Assembly (NCBI RefSeq): GCF_009914755.1
Contig: NC_060938.1
Source of the DNA: the human T2T-CHM13v2.0 reference genome, Homo sapiens
Length of the DNA: 64,000 nt
Reading direction: 5' to 3' (one strand)
Shown piece by piece: positions 59,318 through 64,000 of the stretch (position 1 is the stretch's first letter; each line of letters opens with the position of its first letter). The notes below the pieces were generated by a model. That model ran no database searches. It was given only the letters and a program-made list of their open reading frames with translations, and was not told the origin of the DNA. The translations under genes and the position numbers were made by a program.

Positions 59318-59612
59318 TCCCTGGACAGGCGGGTGAGAGTGGGTAATGGTTTCGGGATGAAACCGTTCCACCTCACATGATCAGGCATTAGGGCATTAGA
59401 TTCTCATCAGACGCACACAACCTAGATCCCTCGCATGCGCAGTTCACAATAGGGTTTGTGCTCCTATGAGAATGTAATGCCACTGCTGACCTGACAGGAG
59501 GCAGAGCTCGGTGGCAATGCTTGCCCACCCACCACTCACCTGCTGCTGTGTTACCCAGATCCTAACTGGCCATGGGCTGGTACCGGTCCACTGCCAGGGG
59601 TTGCGGACCCCG
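59318..59612 (+). mobile_element. MER1B hAT-Charlie element, 5'-truncated
   Basis: ggtttcgggatgaaaccgttccacctca...caacctagatccctcgcatgcgcagttcacaatagggtt...ggggttgcggacccc. Confidence 0.88.
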
Positions 59613-60469
59613 AAGTAGTTCTTAGAAAAATTAAATAAGGAAATATGTAAAATGAGTATCAAACATAATTTACGATGACTGCTGTTAATCTTTTCCTCTT
59701 CATGTGGCCCAGGGGTAAAATATGCTTAAACAACTAGTCTAATTTTTAGGTACCTGCTTTTGTGTTCTTCTTATTTGGGCAGTATTGATGAAAGTCCTGC
59801 CCATCTTCCGTATCTATGTCTTGTGTGTCTCAAAAGTAAGTAAGCAAATCTTCAGAAAGGTCTAGGCAAATTCTATCTCCCTCTCCATTTCCTTTTTTCA
59901 CATTGGGAAAAGGGGTTTCAAAATGCCCTTTCTACAACTCACAGAAGACAAAAAAAAAATTGTATTTCAGATTTCCAAGATGATATTAACTCCAAACACC
60001 CTTCACCAAAACGTTCTAAGCAAAAACAAACTGTCAGAATAAGACCTTAAGATGCTTTCTGACGTCATTATATTGTAAAGTTTATATTACTAATAATATT
60101 ATGTTTTAATGCTCTTAATTATTTGCATTTTTATTTATAGATCTGGGAAAAACACAATTAACAGTTTAGATTAAACTTATTCTTCCTTTCTGAGGAAATT
60201 CCTCTTCCTTCATTTTTGGAGTGAAATTACTGAAATTTGCAGTTGTTTATTGCAGTACATAGTGTTACCTATGCCAACTTTGACAGCTTCAGGGTAAAGA
60301 ATTCATATAAATCATATTCAAAAACTGGTCCAAATGACTCCAACAAAATATTTTGTCCACTAGATAACTCAACGGTGGCTTTACGAGCAATTGAATAGTG
60401 ATTGATTGGTTCTGAATATGAAGGACTCCTTGAGACTATTTTATGCTGGTACATAAATAATTGGATGGG

Positions 60470-60850
60470 CTATATTAAAGTTAAGGAAACAGTTTCCAGA
60501 ACAGACAAACCCACAATCCCAGTTTGTTAACCCAATAGTTTATTTCTCCTGTGATCGGCAAATTGGAGTTGAGGAGTTGTTCAAGGATCCAGGCTGAAGG
60601 ATACTGTCATTTGAAACACATGGCTTCCTAGCTTATCCTGGTGTCTGTATTTCATCAACTGACACATATTCTTCTCAGCCCAGAAGTGACACACATCACT
60701 TTCACTCATATTCCACTGGCATGGACCAGCCATATGGCCCCACCTTGACTGAGTAGAGCTTGGGAAATATAGTGTCTGTTTAGGCAACAACTCTACCCTG
60801 TAAAGGAGCATAAACTTACTGAATAATAATTACCTTTTTTTCTGCCACAA
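60470..60850 (-). mobile_element. Ancient MLT1 (J/K-like) LTR relic
   Basis: cagaagtgacacacatcactttcactcatattccactggc...catatggccccacc...tctgccaca. Confidence 0.55.
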
Positions 60851-62849
60851 GCAAGTCATGAGTTTGGAACGTGAAGGAGAAAATAAGTTTCAGGTGAGCA
60901 CGCAGCTGGGCTGGTTTCATTTACTGCTGGTCAAAGACAAGAAGTAGAAGGTGGTCAGATTCTACTGTGTGGACTCACAGTAGTCTACCAGGCAGAAGTA
61001 AATGTTTCCATTTCTGCTAAGGGTGGGTGGGATCATCTGTTCTCTCTCTAACTGTAAGGGGGTGCCGCTTCACAGGTAGTCAGTTAACCGCTGGGTTTAT
61101 TCCAGACTGTCTAGTGGGCTTCATGAAACTCACACTAACAGTGTAGGGACAAAGATTGGGATACGTCTTCCTACCAGAGGTTATAGAACAATGAATAGGC
61201 CATGAACAGAAACTCCAAGATGGCTACAAACTAAAACTATTACTTCCAGAAACTATTTTCCAGGATACATAAAAGAAAGTGGTGACATTTCACATTTGTT
61301 ATGGCCAACTCACAATCATATGAGACTGCTTACAATTATTACCTTCATTGTTTTCTTTTCTAGAAAGTACTAGAGCTGGTCACTAAGGCTGACTACGCTT
61401 TCTTTATTTTCCTAGAAGACACCATATTATTTTATTCTGTTTTAAATTATTAACCATTCTCTCTTATAGAGTAAAATAAAATATAACTTGCTGGTGAGAA
61501 AAATATTTGAAATCAGCTAAGTTCATGCAGCATTCATTTATTAATCCATCACATGTTTAATAAGCACTACTATATGCCAGATACTGCAATACTATTGTGA
61601 AAATAAATATGATGATAAAAATAAAACAATATTTACAGAATCAGTAATGTCCAGTGTTTATGAGGGACCAACTCTGTGCTAGACAGTGTGCTAATTGTGT
61701 TATAAGCATCACACATTTGATCCTACAAAATCGTGCATCTGCATAACTAAGAAATCCAGGTTTTAATGAAGCTGAGACACAGATAATCAGAAGAGCAGAA
61801 CTTACAGTCACATCTGCATTACTCTGAGCCTCATGGTCTTGACCAATAACCAATGAACCCCAGTGACCAAAGAAAGCTTTCATCCAACACTAGCATACTA
61901 CAAGGAAAGGTGGATAAATAAAGAGATAATCAAAATAAAAGTTAAAAGTGCTCAACTATTAGTTCCATATGTTTAACCACAAATGATTACATTTAGAATT
62001 TGATTCAAAACATAATTAGGATAATTGCCTTGTGTTGTTTGTGCATATGCCCAAATGTGCCCACATTTCCTTTAAAACATCTTGTTCACTGATTGGCAAT
62101 ATAGTAAGCACTTCAAATAAGTGAATGAAAAAAAACTGTTGAGAAAACAAAAGTGAAATAATTCTCATTGAGGAAAATCAGAAAATGTTTCACAGAGGGA
62201 ATATTTGGAGGGTTTGAGAGACAAACTATGTTTGTATGGTTGCAGGGGGTAAGTAACATTTCAAGCAGAAGATCACCAGTTCACCTAAAGCATAACATAA
62301 TGACAATGCATTGTAGGCTTAGGTGATTGACAAGTAGTCCCATGTGGCTGGCTGTTAACAGGAGTATTGGGATATGATGCAAGACCCATGTTAAATGCTG
62401 ATGAGAATGCAGTGGTAGAAGGGAAGAAATTAATGGCATAGAAGAAAGGCAGGAGAATTGTTGTTCCTGAGGAGGCTGGAAGAGATGAGGTTTAGAACAC
62501 ACATATAAATTGGTCTCAGATAAGATCACTACCAGTTCACTCTAATTGCAACAGGAAAGACAAACTGTGTGAGTGGAGTCTTGAAGGCAGATAAATGTCG
62601 TGATGTAGGCTTGCATACATTGTTTTTGTTGCTTCAAATTTTCTTAGTTAAGTGGAAGGATGGCTAGAGGAAGTCAGAAGTTGTTACTGATTACTCCTTT
62701 TACTATTTTTCCAGTCCTTTCACGTGCTTTCAGTTTATTCATTTCTAAGTTTCATTGTCCATTCACTGGGAGCTAGTTTTGAAGGCTGATTTCAGCCGCT
62801 GACTCGTCATCAGGTCTGTTTGGGAAGGTTTGCTTGGCCATTCTGGAGA

Positions 62850-63210
62850 GGCTAGGCTATGCAGTGGAATCAAAATCTCAGAGGCTTAAACCAACACTGT
62901 TTATTTCTCATTCTTGTCACACATCCATCATGTGTTATCCAGGGACCTCTGCTCCTTGTGGTCCGTGAGGTGCCCAGACTTTTCACATGCTTCCATATTT
63001 GAAGACTAGTGAAAAAGAACATGTCTTATCATCAAGCAGCGACTCTGAAAACTTCTGCCTAAAAGTGACACATATCACTTCTGTTTATATTTTGTTAGCC
63101 ATAGTTAAGTCAGTCATTGCCCTGCCTGATTTCAACAGGTTGGGCAAGTATAATTTTCTCACCAGATGGGAAAGCCAAATCTTTGACAAATAGTAACACA
63201 GTTTTCACAA
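62850..63210 (-). mobile_element. Ancient MLT1 (J/K-like) LTR relic
   Basis: ggctaggctatgc...aaaatctcagaggcttaaa...aaagtgacacatatcacttctg. Confidence 0.55.
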
Positions 63211-63217
63211 TTGGTAT

Positions 63218-63791
63218 TGTGATGGTTCATTTTAGGTGTCAACTTGACTGGGTTGAGGGATATCTAGATAGCCAGTAAAACATTATTTCTGGGCATGTCT
63301 GTCAGGATGTTTCCAGGAGAGATGGCATTTGAATCAGTGTACTAAGTAAGGAAGAACCACTCTTAGGGAAGGTGGGCAGGTGCCATCCAATTGGTTGAGA
63401 GCCTGGATGAAACAAAAAAGTAGGAAGAAAGACAAATTCATCTCTCTTCTGGAGCTGGGATACATATCTTTCCCTGACCTTGGACATCAGAACTCTAGGT
63501 TCTTTAGCTTTCAGGCTCCAGAACTTACACCACTGGCACTCTCATTTCTCAGGCCTTCTGTCTCAGACTGAGATTTACCTGATTGGCTTCCAAGTTCTCA
63601 GGCCTTTAGACTTGAACTGAGCTATGCCATCAGCTTCCCTGGTTCTTGAGCTTGTAGATGGCATATCATGGGACTTCTCAGCCTCCATAATCACAGCAGC
63701 CAAGTCCCATTATAAATCCTTTATCTATCTATCTATCCATCTCCATCCATCTGTCTTATTGTTCTTTCTCTCGAGAACCCTGAGTAACACA
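63218..63791 (+). mobile_element. MLT2B-type ERVL solo LTR
   Basis: tgtgatggttcattttaggtgtcaacttgactggg ... gagaaccctgagtaacaca; 5-bp TSD GGTAT/GGTGT. Confidence 0.9.
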
Positions 63792-64000
63792 GGTGTCCTC
63801 TGGCAATTAAAGTGAGGTAGGAACCATATGTCTCCTTCTCCAGAACCTTGCTACCAGGTGGCTTAATACAACAAAAGCAAGTTTTCAACCAAATCCTGCC
63901 ATTTATTAGCAAGCAGGCCACAAACTATCACAGGACTTTTCCTTATAAATTTGAGAAATTTCCATTATCTGGCTTCAGATACTCTGACAAGCAAGTGCCT

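Overview
AT-rich, CpG-depleted primate DNA, almost certainly human or hominid. It looks intergenic or deep-intronic, and I cannot identify the locus from sequence alone. No host protein-coding gene, RNA gene or CpG island is supported. The only real protein homologies in the ORF track are LINE-1 ORF1p/ORF2p remnants. Transposons dominate: a full-length but inactivated 6.15-kb L1PA3/PA4 (45799-51951, minus) that retains the ~129-bp ZNF93-bound 5'UTR segment; a 5'-truncated L1PA3-like copy (5914-7594); seven Alus; a complete LTR-int-LTR MaLR provirus (55662-58301); solo LTRs (LTR1, THE1, MST, MLT1, MLT2); DNA-transposon MITEs (MER46C, Tigger4a, MER45, MER53, MER58A, MER1B); MIR/L2 relics; and microsatellites. 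Several unique-looking, motif-dense blocks (~3.6-4.3, 14.0-14.5, 16.6-17.2, 22.4-22.85, 41.0-41.65 and 52.7-54.0 kb) are candidate enhancers. The best leads are hypotheses rather than a demonstrated new system: an L1-antisense-promoter or LTR1-driven spliced lncRNA, a recursive-splice-like site, a miR-1302-like MER53 hairpin and a POU/SOX/IRF enhancer. Repeat subfamily names come from recalled consensus sequences and need RepeatMasker/Dfam confirmation.
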